The translations under genes and the position numbers were made by a program. DNA of 63,701 bases, filler included, from Octopus bimaculoides (lineage: Eukaryota): assembly GCF_001194135.2 (NCBI RefSeq). It is 10 parts of 8 records of this genome, joined end to end, with 100 filler letters (N's around TTAATTAATTAA, not from the genome) between each part and the next. Parts side by side here need not be neighbours in the genome. Positions count along the whole stretch, not along the records: positions 1 to 21,024 come from NC_068994.1; positions 21,125 to 25,389 come from NW_026439423.1; 8 more parts are not named here. One strand, given 5' to 3'. The notes under the pieces are model-generated. The model was not told where the DNA came from. It searched no databases and saw nothing but the letters and a program-made list of their open reading frames with translations. Position 1 is the first letter of the stretch. Each line of letters begins with the position of its first letter. Below, one piece after another: positions 11,395-23,295 of this stretch.

Positions 11395-11636
11395 TGTTTT
11401 ACTTGTTTCCGTCACTAGACTGCAGCCATGCTGGGGCATCACTTTGAAGAGTTTAGTTGGACAAATCTATTTCAGTTCCTTTCTCTTTTTTTTTAAGCCT
11501 GGTACTAATTTTATCGGTGCTTTCTGCCGAACCGCTATATTTAGAGGATGTATACAAAGCAACACGGTGCCACGCAGTGGGATTGAACCTGGAACCATGT
11601 GGTTGGGAAGTATGTTTCTTACCACACAGCCACTTA
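11395..11636 (-). mobile_element. SINE family A, internally deleted
   Basis: Tail TTACTTGTTTC..CAGCCATGCTGGGGC joined to head GCCACGCAGTGGGATTGAACCTGGAACCATGTGG..ACCACACAGCCAC. Confidence 0.8.
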
Positions 11637-11839
11637 GCAGAAGTAACAGAGTGAGTGAAGTTCTGAGTATATCGTGCGTTGGCCCTTAATAAACTAAACA
11701 GAGGTCGAAGACCAATGAGTTTATATTGTTGTTGAGGCCTTCGGCCTGTGACTAGTCCGATAAGTACCAATGCAAGATATTCTCGCACCTTGAGTTACTC
11801 TGTTACCTTGCTAAATATATTTAAGAGGTGAGGAATTAT

Positions 11840-12087
11840 ATACATTATTTACATTATTTACACTTGACGGATATTTGTCCTCATCTTACATTATTTACAA
11901 TATTTATATTTATATATATCCTCCAGCCTTCATCAGGTGTCTTGGGGAAATTTTGAACCTGGGTTCTCATTCCTAAGGTATTTTTTTGATGTTGTTGCTA
12001 TTGTTATTATTATTAAGGTCGCTGTCTGGAATCGAACTCGGAATCTTGGAGTTAGTAGCCTGCGCTCTTAACCAGTACACTATATGC
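11840..12087 (-). mobile_element. SINE family D (tRNA head plus PLE-type tail), hammerhead region disrupted
   Basis: Reverse complement matches 2463-2712 (GCTACTAAC.C.AAGATTCCGAGTTCGATTCCAGA, ACCTTAGGAATGAGAACC, CAAGACACCTGATGAAGGCTGGAGG); the CAGCC-GAAA half is replaced by AT-rich sequence. Confidence 0.8.
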
Positions 12088-12183
12088 TAAATATTAATAC
12101 GAATATACATATATTCATAGTTTGAGTTCGATTTTGCCTGTTTGCATCAACAAAATCGTATGTAGACAGACACACAGAGAAAC

Positions 12184-12253
<70 letters not shown>

Positions 12254-12827
12254 GTAGGTAGGTAGGTAGGTAGGTAGGTAGGTAGGTAGGTAGGTAGATA
12301 GGTTGATTTGAAAACGTTGGGTTTTCTAAAACAACTTCCACAGAACCACTTGTTAACAGCAAATTGAAGTTTGAAAGTAAAGAAATTCACGTTAAAACCG
12401 TAGACAATATGCAAAAACGAGATTATGAATCTCGATCGAATTTGCGATATCAAAGCTGCAGTGAAATCTTCGGTATCAGTGTAGGAAATATATCAAAAGG
12501 TTTCTGATAAAGACTCTGATTAAAATAAAGATAATAAACGAAATCTAACAGAAATTTCAGAAACTACTTCAACGAATGATTAGATGTGAAGAACTTTAAG
12601 TATTTCGCTGAGGTGTGCAACGTAGATTAGGCGAATTTGATTTCTCATATTGCTGTTGTAAGCACATCTCCTTGTATTGCTGTTACAAGCACATCCCGTT
12701 AAGAAATTGTTCATACATACACTGCTTTCAAAAGCAACATGAGTAAATTGTTAATGGAGCAGATCAGAACGCATGAATAGTATGAAATAAACTGGATCTC
12801 GAAGCACATAAGGATGTCTTTATCTTT

Positions 12828-13055
12828 TGTTTTTTTACTTGTTTCAGTCATTACACTGCGGCCATGCTGAAGCACCGCCTTGAAGAATTTTTAGTCGAAA
12901 GTATAGAACCCATGTACTTAATTTTGTTAAGCCTGGTACGTATTCTCTCGGTCTCCATCGCCGAACCGCTAAGCGGGGATGGAGTTGGGGACAAACGGGG
13001 ATGTCAAGCGAGGATGGAGTAGGGGACAAACGTGCATACACGCGCGCATGCACGC

Positions 13056-13115
<60 letters not shown>

Positions 13116-13133
13116 ATCGGGCTTCTTCCAGTT
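12828..13133 (-). mobile_element. SINE family A fragment with internal (TG)n
   Basis: TTACTTGTTTCAGTCATT..CTGCGGCCATGCTG..GCCGAACCGCTAAG..TGTCAAGCG..(TG)n..CGGGCTTCTT. Confidence 0.8.
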
Positions 13134-13650
13134 TTTTTCTCAATAAATAATTTCTAAGTTCAAATAAATCAAACATAATAATTTCATGATAATAAATTTC
13201 CTCTTACTTTTATACTATAAACTTGTCTAATGAATATAACTATATAAGCCTATGGGGATTTCACAGGGTACATCACCTATTTGTCTTCACCATAAAACTG
13301 AAATCAACACACTATATTAAATATTCATTAACGCTAAGGATATACGTATATAACATTATATTAAGTAAAGGAGATCAGTTCCCATTCTTTTAATTAGTGT
13401 CGCAGCTAATTATGCAAGGGTTTTGATATTTTGTCTCAACAACGTAAATTAAGATCAAAAATGACTTTATTAAAATGATTTGAAATTATAATTTTTGTCA
13501 GATGAATCAAAAAGAACAAACTAAAACAAAAATTAGAAATGATCTAATTATAAATCTCACAGGGAGAATTAAGCAGCATTTTTGTAATCAGTGAATGTGT
13601 TTTCACTAAAAATATATATATTTGCGAGAGTTTGACATGCATTTTCAACA

Positions 13651-13721
13651 AGCCGGTGTTGCTACTTCAGGCTGATGACGAGCAATGACTCAGAAACATG
13701 TCCCTGAATGCACACTAGGCT
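13651..13721 (+). ncRNA. Type I hammerhead ribozyme candidate, near-canonical core
   Basis: TTCAGG-CTGATGA-C-GAG(CAATGA)CTC-A-GAAA-CATGT-C/CCTGAA: 6 bp stem I, palindromic stem III ACATGT, GUC triplet; stem I extends by GTGT(T)GC/GCACAC and AGCC/GGCT. Confidence 0.75.
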
Positions 13722-14174
13722 GGGTGGAGGTGCTTGTCTCCCCCTCGCAAATATAAGGAAATATGTCAAGGCCGACAGGAAGCGGTCCAGCTTCCTAGGG
13801 CTAAATAGCAGCAGTATGAATCCCTTATTGGGACTGTCACATTGCGTTGACAGTATACAACTGCTTTATATATATANNNNNNNNNNNNNNNNNNNNNNNN
13901 NNNNNNNNNNNNNNNNNNNNNNNNNNNNNNNNNNNNNNNNNNNNNNNNNNNNNNNNNNNNNNNNNNNNNNNNNNNNNNNNNNNNNNNNNNNNNNNNNNNN
14001 NNNNNNNNNNNNNNNNNNNNNNNNNNNNNNNNNNNNNNNNNNNNNNNNNNNNNNNNNNNNNNNNNNNNNNNNNNNNNNNNNNNNNNNNNNNNNNNNNNNN
14101 NNNNNNNNNNNNNNNNNNNNNNNNNNNNNNNNNNNNNNNNNNNNNNNNNNNNNNNNNNNNNNNNNNNNNNNNNN

Positions 14175-14493
14175 AGCACTCCGTTGGTTACGACGACGAG
14201 CGTTCCAGCTGATACGATCAACGGAACAGCCTGCTCATGAAATTAACATGCGAGTGACTGAGCAATCCACAGACACGTGTACCTGTAACGTAGTTCTCAG
14301 GGAGACTCAGTGTGACACATAGTGTGACAAGGCCGGCCCTTTGAAATACAGGCACTACTCATTTTTGCCAGCTTAGTGGACTGGAGCAACGTGAAATAAA
14401 GTGTCTTGCTCAAGGACACAACGCGTCGCCGGGAATTGAACTCACGACTTTACGATCGTGAGCCGAATGCCCTAACCACTAAGCTACGCGCCT
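14175..14493 (-). mobile_element. SINE family C, near full length
   Basis: Reverse complement of the 24021-24345 family: GGCGCGTAGCTTAGTGGTTAGGGCATTCGGCTCACGATCG..GAGTTCAATTCCCGGCGACG..; tail CTCGTCGTCGTAACCAACGGAGTGC. Confidence 0.9.
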
Positions 14494-14522
14494 ACAAAAA
14501 ATAAATGCCATTCAACCACCAG

Positions 14523-14644
14523 AATATGAAACCAATGATATTCAATTGCAAAGGCATTTTACTGGATTCTATCAACAGTCTGTATATTACAATGTCAGCT
14601 ATATTCGAATATATGTACAGGACGGTGTTGAATTGAAAGTGCTT
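14523..14644 (+). CDS. Possible internal coding exon, unknown protein
   Basis: CCACCAG acceptor, GTAAGC donor, stop-free frame YETNDIQLQRHFTGFYQQSVYYNVSYIRIYVQDGVELKVL in non-repetitive sequence; no family recognised. Confidence 0.25.
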
Positions 14645-14899
14645 GTAAGCGAGCCTATGTATCTGTGCCTGCATATATCAGTGTGTGTGTGGCGTGTGTT
14701 TTTTCATTGTGTGTAAGTGTGCGTGCGTGTGTGTGTATCTGAGTACGAGTGTACCTACCTTGTATATATATGAATCGCATGAGTCATTGTTACTTATATA
14801 ACAATTTATATATACAATAAATAATATGAAAACGGTAAAGTTCTAACTGAATATATAGATTTGCAAATGAAATTTCGTGAAAACAGAAAGTATTACACT

Positions 14900-14934
<35 letters not shown>

Positions 14935-15591
14935 NNNNNNNNNNNNNNNNNNNNNNNNNNNNNNNNNNNNNNNNNNNNNNNNNNNNNNNNNNNNNNNNNN
15001 NNNNNNNNNNNNNNNNNNNNNNNNNNNNNNNNNNNNNNNNNNNNNNNNNNNNNNNNNNNNNNNNNNNNNNNNNNNNNNNNNNNNNNNNNNNNNNNNNNNN
15101 NNNNNNNNNNNNNNNNNNNNNNNNNNNNNNNNNNNNNNNNNNNNNNNNNNNNNNNNNNNNNNNNNNNNNNNNNNNNNNNNNNNNNNNNNNNNNNNNNNNN
15201 NNNNNNNNNNNNNNNNNNNNNNNNNNNNNNNNNNNNNNNNNNNNNNNNNNNNNNNNNNNNNNNNNNNNNNNNNNNNNNNNNNNNNNNNNNNNNNNNNNNN
15301 NNNNNNNNNNNNNNNNNNNNNNNNNNNNNNNNNNNNNNNNNNNNNNTATATATATATATATATATTCGTAAAGATATATGTATATATGTGTGTGTGAGTA
15401 TAATCTAAGTTATCTTAAACATATATATGCCATAATCGGTAACATTTTATTGGATCACTAGTCGAATTATTTCCGAGGATTTTCAACAACTATGTTCGAC
15501 ACTTTTGCATATATATGGGTGTATGTATGTGTGTCGGTGCGTACATGTGTGTCCATATTGTTGAAATACATTTCTTTTTTTTTTCTTTTTT

Positions 15592-15660
15592 TTTTATTAG
15601 CCACACAGGGCTCAACGAAGATGGGACAAATACAATGTAGAGCTTTTCTTTTGGGGAGGG
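15592..15660 (-). mobile_element. Short 3' end of a non-LTR retroelement (AATAAA followed by poly-A)
   Basis: Reverse complement CTCTACATTGTATTTGTCCC..TTGAGCCCTGTGTGGCTAATAAAAAAA; second copy at 25538-25597. Confidence 0.55.
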
Positions 15661-15746
15661 GGAAGGGGAAAAAAAGGGGGGGGTCGATCAAAAGGGATCG
15701 TAGGAAGGAAAAGGCGGGAGTTCGATCAAAAGGGATCGAAAAAAAA

Positions 15747-15785
<39 letters not shown>

Positions 15786-15818
15786 CATACATACATACAT
15801 ACATAGACAGATAGACAA

Positions 15819-15863
<45 letters not shown>

Positions 15864-16283
15864 AGCCAAAACGATGCGATAGGCTAAAAGGTTTATCATT
15901 TAAACATAGACATACAAACATTCAAGCTTATGAGCAGTTTCGGTTTCACTATCCGCTTATCTAACCAAAAGTATTTAATTTCTGAAACTTTTGCGTGTCA
16001 TCCACTTTTCCCATCTATATTCGTGAATATTATGAATGTTTTATATCGTTGCGAATTATTACAATAGTGAGCTTGCATAACACTTCGCAATTTCATTTCT
16101 TCTGTTATTGGAACGCTATAATACGCAACAGAGTAATAGAAAAGTTATATTCGTTGTGCATGTAAGTATTGGAGATTTTCGCTTGCGAGTCTTCATTTAT
16201 GAAATTATATTTATGTATGTATTTTTTATTGCAGTTATTACAGATAAAGGCGCGCACACGCATATATATACATATATGCACGA

Positions 16284-16314
<31 letters not shown>

Positions 16315-18094
16315 AATATGTATGCATGTATGCTTTATGTATATGTGTGCATGTGTGTGTGTGTGTGTGTTACGTGCGTGTGTCTGTGTTTGTGTATGCA
16401 TATACAGACAGAGAGAAGAGAGAAAGGCAGAAACAAAGAAATTAAGAAATATGTATATATATACATATATATATATATATATANNNNNNNNNNNNNNNNN
16501 NNNNNNNNNNNNNNNNNNNNNNNNNNNNNNNNNNNNNNNNNNNNNNNNNNNNNNNNNNNNNNNNNNNNNNNNNNNNNNNNNNNNNNNNNNNNNNNNNNNN
16601 NNNNNNNNNNNNNNNNNNNNNNNNNNNNNNNNNNNNNNNNNNNNNNNNNNNNNNNNNNNNNNNNNNNNNNNNNNNNNNNNNNNNNNNNNNNNNNNNNNNN
16701 NNNNNNNNNNNNNNNNNNNNNNNNNNNNNNNNNNNNNNNNNNNNNNNNNNNNNNNNNNNNNNNNNNNNNNNNNNNNNNNNNNNNNNNNNNNNNNNNNNNN
16801 NNNNNNNNNNNNNNNNNNNNNNNNNNNNNNNNNNNNNNNNNNNNNNNNNNNNNNNNNNNNNNNNNNNNNNNNNNNNNNNNNNNNNNNNNNNNNNNNNNNN
16901 NNNNNNNNNNNNNNNNNNNNNNNNNNNNNNNNNNNNNNNNNNNNNNNNNNNNNNNNNNNNNNNNNNNNNNNNNNNNNNNNNNNNNNNNNNNNNNNNNNNN
17001 NNNNNNNNNNNNNNNNNNNNNNNNNNNNNNNNNNNNNNNNNNNNNNNNNNNNNNNNNNNNNNNNNNNNNNNNNNNNNNNNNNNNNNNNNNNNNNNNNNNN
17101 NNNNNNNNNNNNNNNNNNNNNNNNNNNNNNNNNNNNNNNNNNNNNNNNNNNNNNNNNNNNNNNNNNNNNNNNNNNNNNNNNNNNNNNNNNNNNNNNNNNN
17201 NNNNNNNNNNNNNNNNNNNNNNNNNNNNNNNNNNNNNNNNNNNNNNNNNNNNNTATATATATCCCTCTCCACATACGTACATATTTACATATACATTTAT
17301 ATGTAAATATGTACGTATGTGTATACTCATTATATAACATAGATGGCAATACATAAAAATGATACTCAGAAGGGTATGTGCGTGTGTGTGTGTGTGTGTA
17401 CTTGTGTGTGTTTCTGTCTGTGTGCATGTGTGTGTTTATGATTTTCCGTGTGTATGTGTATAATTTATTTCAAACATGATAAAGACACGACCGTGTTGGA
17501 GTTTAATACAGTCGTTAGCGTGTTTCTATATATCCTTGTTAGCCCTTTATGTTTAGTTTAGGAGAATATGTTTCCTCAATCTATAATCGTTTCAACATCT
17601 GCTTAACCATCTTCTCCGAATGAAATTATCGTATTGATGCATTATCATTATTCCTGCAGTTTGCATTACGCAGCATGACGTCTTGGGAATGAAATGACAA
17701 TATCCAAAAGCGCTACGCCAAATTTAAAATTGTTTTGCGTTCAAAAGTCGGTTACTTTCTAACTGATCGTTCTTCTTATTGTTTCTCTACATTTTAGTAT
17801 ACCTCTCCTTCTACACACTTTAAAATTAATCTTATTCTAAATTTGGAATGAGCTCCTGAACTTCAATTTCCATATGCGTGTCTGTTTTCTCATTGGTAAC
17901 GCTTTACTGTGTATATACATAAATGTATAATCGTTTTCCTAAATAAATTCTACATGTTTATAACTCCGATGAAGCTAGAAGGTGATACTCAGGCACTCAA
18001 AGCAGAAACATCTGTAAGCTAATGGAGTCCGTAAAGTAATTGTTTATTCCTTTGAAATCTCAATTTATACATACATACTTTTATTTGTTTTATT

Positions 18095-18378
18095 TTTACT
18101 CTTTTTCTTGTTGCACTTATTGGACTGTATCCATGCTAGAGCACTGTCTTAAAGGGTTTTAGTCGAACAAAATGGAACCCCTGGACTTATTTCTTTAGCG
18201 TACTACTTATTGTGTCTTTTGCACAACCTCTAGATTACAGGGAAGTAAACACATCAACACCGGTTGTCAAGCGGTGATGGAGCAACAAACGCAGACACAA
18301 AGACACACACAGATATATACATATACATATATATACATATACATATATATACAACGGGCTTCTTTCAGTTTCCGTCTA

Positions 18379-18380
<2 letters not shown>
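18095..18380 (-). mobile_element. SINE family A fragment
   Basis: CCATGCTAGAGCACTG..CCGGTTGTCAAGCGGTG..(CA/TA)n..CGGGCTTCTTTCAGTTTCCGTCTACCAA. Confidence 0.8.
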
Positions 18381-18428
<48 letters not shown>

Positions 18429-18675
18429 AGGAAAATCCACAGTCACATATAGAAAAAAATTAATAAGTAAATACACTTAAAATAATAGGTAAATTAAAAA
18501 GTAAATACACTTGAAATATAATCAAATCGATTTAATCGATTTTATTATATTTTATTTTCTATTTGAAAACTTCGTTATGAAACACGTGTAGTCGTTTTAT
18601 TATTATTATTTTATGAATTTTACTTTGTATTTTATTATATTTATTTATCATGTATTTACTTATTAATTTTTTCTA

Positions 18676-19045
18676 TATGTGACATACATATATACATGTG
18701 ACATACATATATACATACATATATACATACATAGATGCATACATAAAAACATGAATGCATGCATGCATACATACATATATACATACATAGATGCATACAT
18801 AAAAACATGCATGCATGCATACATACATATATACATACATATATACAGGCATGCATACATACACATATACATGCATGCATACATACATACATACATACAT
18901 GCATGTATACATATATATACATGCATGCATACATACATGCATACATATATACAGGCATGCACACAAACATATATACATTCATAGATACATACATACATAC
19001 ATACATACATACATACATACATACATACATAAATGCATACATACA
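18676..19045. repeat. Compound (CATA/CATG)n microsatellite with higher-order duplication
   Basis: ATACATACATAGATGCATACATAAAAACATG occurs twice among CATA/CATG units. Confidence 0.9.
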
Positions 19046-19921
19046 ATTTAACTGTTACTACTAGCGATTCGAGATATCACATCGAGGCGCTTTATTAAAT
19101 ATATAAAAACAACAAAAGATGTAAAAAAAATCTTTCGAAGTGAAAACATTAAACTATATTAATAAACAATGATTAGCTTGCAATATATTCCTTTTATGTT
19201 GCTTAAGTTCTCATTACTATTAATTAATATGAATATATTACTAATTTTAATTACTGTACAGTATTTAAATGATGTCTCGTATTTTAGTGACACACAGATA
19301 ATTCATATGTGTGTGCGCGTGTGTGTGTGTTAACGCGTGTGCTTCACATATACATACGCACATATACAGATGTGTATGTATATGTTCGTATATATTATAT
19401 ATATATACATATATATATATACATACATGTATCCTTAAGCCAAACTTTTCATATGTTGGTATATATGTTCATGTATGTATATAAATATATGTATATATAT
19501 ATAGGCACAGGTGTTGGTGGGAGGTAAGAAGCTTGCCCCCCCCCCAAACCACATGGCTCCGTGGTCGGTCCCACTGCNNNNNNNNNNNNNNNNNNNNNNN
19601 NNNNNNNNNNNNNNNNNNNNNNNNNNNNNNNNNNNNNNNNNNNNNNNNNNNNNNNNNNNNNNNNNNNNNNNNNNNNNNNNNNNNNNNNNNNNNNNNNNNN
19701 NNNNNNNNNNNNNNNNNNNNNNNNNNNNNNNNNNNNNNNNNNNNNNNNNNNNNNNNNNNNNNNNNNNNNNNNNNNNNNNNNNNNNNNNNNNNNTATATAT
19801 ACATATATATATATACATACATGTATATATATATATATATACATACATGTATCCTTAAGCCAAACTTTTCATATGTTGGTATATATGTTCATGTATGTAT
19901 ATAAATATATGTATATATATA

Positions 19922-20350
19922 TAGGCACAGGTGTTGGTGGGAGGTAAGAAGCTTGCCCCCCCCCCAAACCACATGGCTCCGTGGTCGGTCCCACTGCGTG
20001 GCACGCACCTAGGGCAAGTATCTTCTACTATAGCCTCGGGCCGACCAAAACGTTGTGAGTGTATTTGGTAGACGGAAACTGAAATGAAGCCAGTCGAACA
20101 TGTATATGTATATATGTTTGTGTGTGTATTTGTGTGTGTGTATGTATGTGTGTACGTGTGTGTGTGTTTGTCCCCCAACAATCGCTTGAAAACTGATGCC
20201 GGTGTGCTTATTTCTCCGTCCCTCGGTGATAGAATAAGTTCCGAGACTTACAAAGAATAAGTCCTGAGATCGATTTCTTCGACTAAAAGGTGGTGCTCCA
20301 GCATGGCTGCAGTCAATGAATGACTGCAACAACTAAGGGAATAAAAGAAT
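19922..20350 (+). mobile_element. SINE family A, full length
   Basis: AGGCACAGGTG..GTAAGAAGCTTG..CCCACTGCGTGGCAC..TAGACGGAAACTGAAA..(TA/TG)n..GGTGCTCCAGCATGGCTGCAGTC. Confidence 0.85.
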
Positions 20351-20967
20351 ATAGACCCCTAAGCACGCTTCACGATTTCCAGACTGGCGGCAAGCTGTGC
20401 TCTTGAGCGAAACACTTCCTTTCATGTTGCTCCACTCCGGTCAGCTGTAAATGCGTAGTGCTGTGACGTATTGGTTTTCCGTTCAGGGAAAATGTTGGCC
20501 TGTTCACCTAACCAGCTTGTGGTATCATTCGGAAGCTGTAACAAAGCGATAAAGCGCATTGTTGTGCATCAGTGGTGCATAACAGTTGATATGCTGGTCG
20601 ATACAGTTATGCGCTCTGATTTGCATAAACGCGCGTGCATTGACTATTAATTAATTTCTTCAATATGCACAACACAGAAGTTGATATAATTTGAAACGTC
20701 AGTATTAATTAATTTCTTCATTGTGCACTACACAGAAATTGATGTAATTTGAAACGTCATTTATGCCGTTTTAATAAATATATGGTTTTTAATCAAGAAT
20801 GCACAAAGTAACTACAACACGGGTTTTATTTCTCATCAGAAACTTCGCCTTCGCATCGTGGACAGAAGATGTGAGATCGATCTTAATAGTAGCTAGTCTT
20901 CTTAGACTTTCAGCAAAAAAAGAATTGACCTCTTCTGCCCATATATAAATATCTACCTATCTCTGTC

Positions 20968-21024
<57 letters not shown>

Positions 21025-21480
21025 NNNNNNNNNNNNNNNNNNNNNNNNNNNNNNNNNNNNNNNNNNNNTTAATTAATTAANNNNNNNNNNNNNNNNNNNN
21101 NNNNNNNNNNNNNNNNNNNNNNNNATATATATAGAAATATATATATACACACGTCTGTTTATGAGCAAGCATGAATACAATTTCTGTATGAAACATACAT
21201 ATCTATCTATCTATACATAATATATTTATTTGTATATATATATATATATACATACATACACATATATACATATATCTACTCACCTTTCGCCCCGATCACC
21301 ATATTCTAGCTGTAACAAAATCCGTGTTGTGAAACGGTTTGAAGTGACGTGAAAGGGGGGGATCTGTGGACGTACAAAACAACCACAAGGTAAGCCGTTC
21401 ACCGCAACCCATCTCAAAATTCCATCATTGTTATAGATTGAGAGCACTTCACCCTCGAAACACTAATTAAACACATACTC

Positions 21481-23290
21481 CCCTTCACTAGCTGTATTTC
21501 CCCCCTCTCTAGACTTCTCGTCGTCCCCTTCACTAGCTGTATTCCCCCTCTGTATACATCTCTATACTTCTCGTCCTCCCCTTCACTAGCTGTATTGCTT
21601 CTTCTCTATACATCTCTATACTTCTCACTCGTCCTCCCATTCACCTCTGTGTATTTATTTATTCTTCCTCTTTCTATTCCTCTTCTTTATATTAATACTT
21701 TTTTTTTCTCTCATACAGCTGCTTCTCCTTTCTCTACCCCTCTCTATACATTTATCCTTTTCTCTCGCTGCTCCTCCTCCTCCTCTCTATATATCGCTAT
21801 ACTTTTGAACCAGGCCCCCCCCTCTCACTCAGCATTTTGCTCTCTTTCTATTCCTCTCTCTCTGTGCTCTTTCTTCTTTCTGTACCTCCTCTCTATACAT
21901 CCATTACTCCCTCTCTCTCCATTTCTGCTTCTCTCTCTATATCATTATACTTCTTTTCCCTTCTTAGCTCCCGCCGTCTCAGCTGTTGTTTCTCTCTCTC
22001 GCCCCTCTCTATACATCGCTATACATTTCTCTTTTTCAACGACCTCTCTCTCTGTGTCTCTCTCGCTCTCTCTCTTTGTTTCGCGACCTATTTCTACCCC
22101 TCTCTATACATTATTATACTTATCTCCCTTTGCCTCTCTCTCTTATTGCACCTCTGCTTCTCTCTACCCCTCTCTATACATTTATCTTTTTCTCTCTTTT
22201 TTAGTTCCTCCTCTGTATGCATCACTATACTTCTCCCCCTCTCACTCTTCCTCCTCTCTATGCATCGCTATACGTCTCTACCTCTCACTCTTCCTCCTTG
22301 CTATTCCCTATTGAATACGCTCAAATTTTCCCTGTCTCAGCTTCTCATTGTCTCTTTATCCCTCTCTATACATTATCTTCCTCTCTCAACGCTTCTTTAT
22401 ACATCTATCTCTCTTCTTCTCTGACCTTCAAGTCATCGCTATATTTCTCTTTCTCCATCTCTTCCTCCGTCTCTCTACATTTTCCTTCTCTTTCTTTTCA
22501 CTCTTCTCCTTACAACCTGTAGTTCTCTTTCTCTCTCTACACCCCTCTCTATATACTTTATTATCTTTCTCTGCCCCTTACTCCGAGTGTCGCTCTTTGA
22601 ACCCCTCTATGTGTTTCCTTTCCCCCTTCTCTTTTGTGCTTTACTCTTTCTTATCCTCTTTCTTTTTCTCTATTTCTCTTCCTTCTCTTCATCCTCTCGT
22701 TTATTCCACTTCTCTTTCTCTTGCTCCAACGCTTTCACTCCCTCTCTATCTGTCTCTTTTCAGTCCACTTTTCCCTCTCTCTTGGTGCCTCTGCCTCTCT
22801 ATCTTTTTCTACCTCTCTCTGCCCCTCATCGCTTCTCTTTGTCCTTCTTTCTCTGTACTTTATTCTTTCTCCCCTTCTTTTTGATTTTTTCCCCCATTCT
22901 CTCCCTCTATCTTTGTATCTCGCTTTTCCCATATTACTCTCTCTCTCGGTGTGTGTCTCTCTCTCTGTCTCTCTCTCTCTGTGTCTCTCTCTCTCTCACC
23001 TCTCTGACCTCCTGACCCTCCCTCTCTCTTTAAGATTACTTTCCTTTTCTCTCTGCTCACATCACCCTCTCTGTCTATCTCCCTATTTCCGCACCTCCCC
23101 TCTTTCTCTACTTGCGTCTCTCTATTCATCTCTCTCTTTCTCTCTCTCACACACACACACACGCACACGTACACACACCCAAACACACATACACCCTCTA
23201 TATTCCTCTATCTTTCTCTGTATCTCTCTAATTCTTTCACACTCTTTCTCTATACTTCTCTCCGTGTCTCTCTCCCTCTCTACACTTATA
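21481..23290. repeat. CT-rich low-complexity tract beginning with an approximately 45-55 bp minisatellite
   Basis: CCCTTCACTAGCTGTATT..ATACATCTCTATACTTCTC repeated 3-4 times at 21481-21655, then CTCTCTATACAT recurs through a pyrimidine tract. Confidence 0.85.
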
Positions 23291-23295
23291 TTTCA

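Noticed and set aside
19420-19997. Identical approximately 160 bp segments (19420-19577 and 19840-19997) on either side of a gap
   Set aside because: An exact duplication across a gap is most simply an unmerged contig overlap.
21069-21080. TTAATTAATTAA inside N runs, also at 25434, 28440, 42642, 46051, 48461, 52234, 57708 and 62557
   Set aside because: Where counted (21025-21124) it sits between 44 N on each side, 100 bp in total, and it encodes stops in all six frames. This is an artificial scaffolding spacer, not biology.
21310-21388. AG...CAAG/GTAAGC-bounded segment
   Set aside because: All three frames contain stops; at best a non-coding exon, with no supporting evidence.
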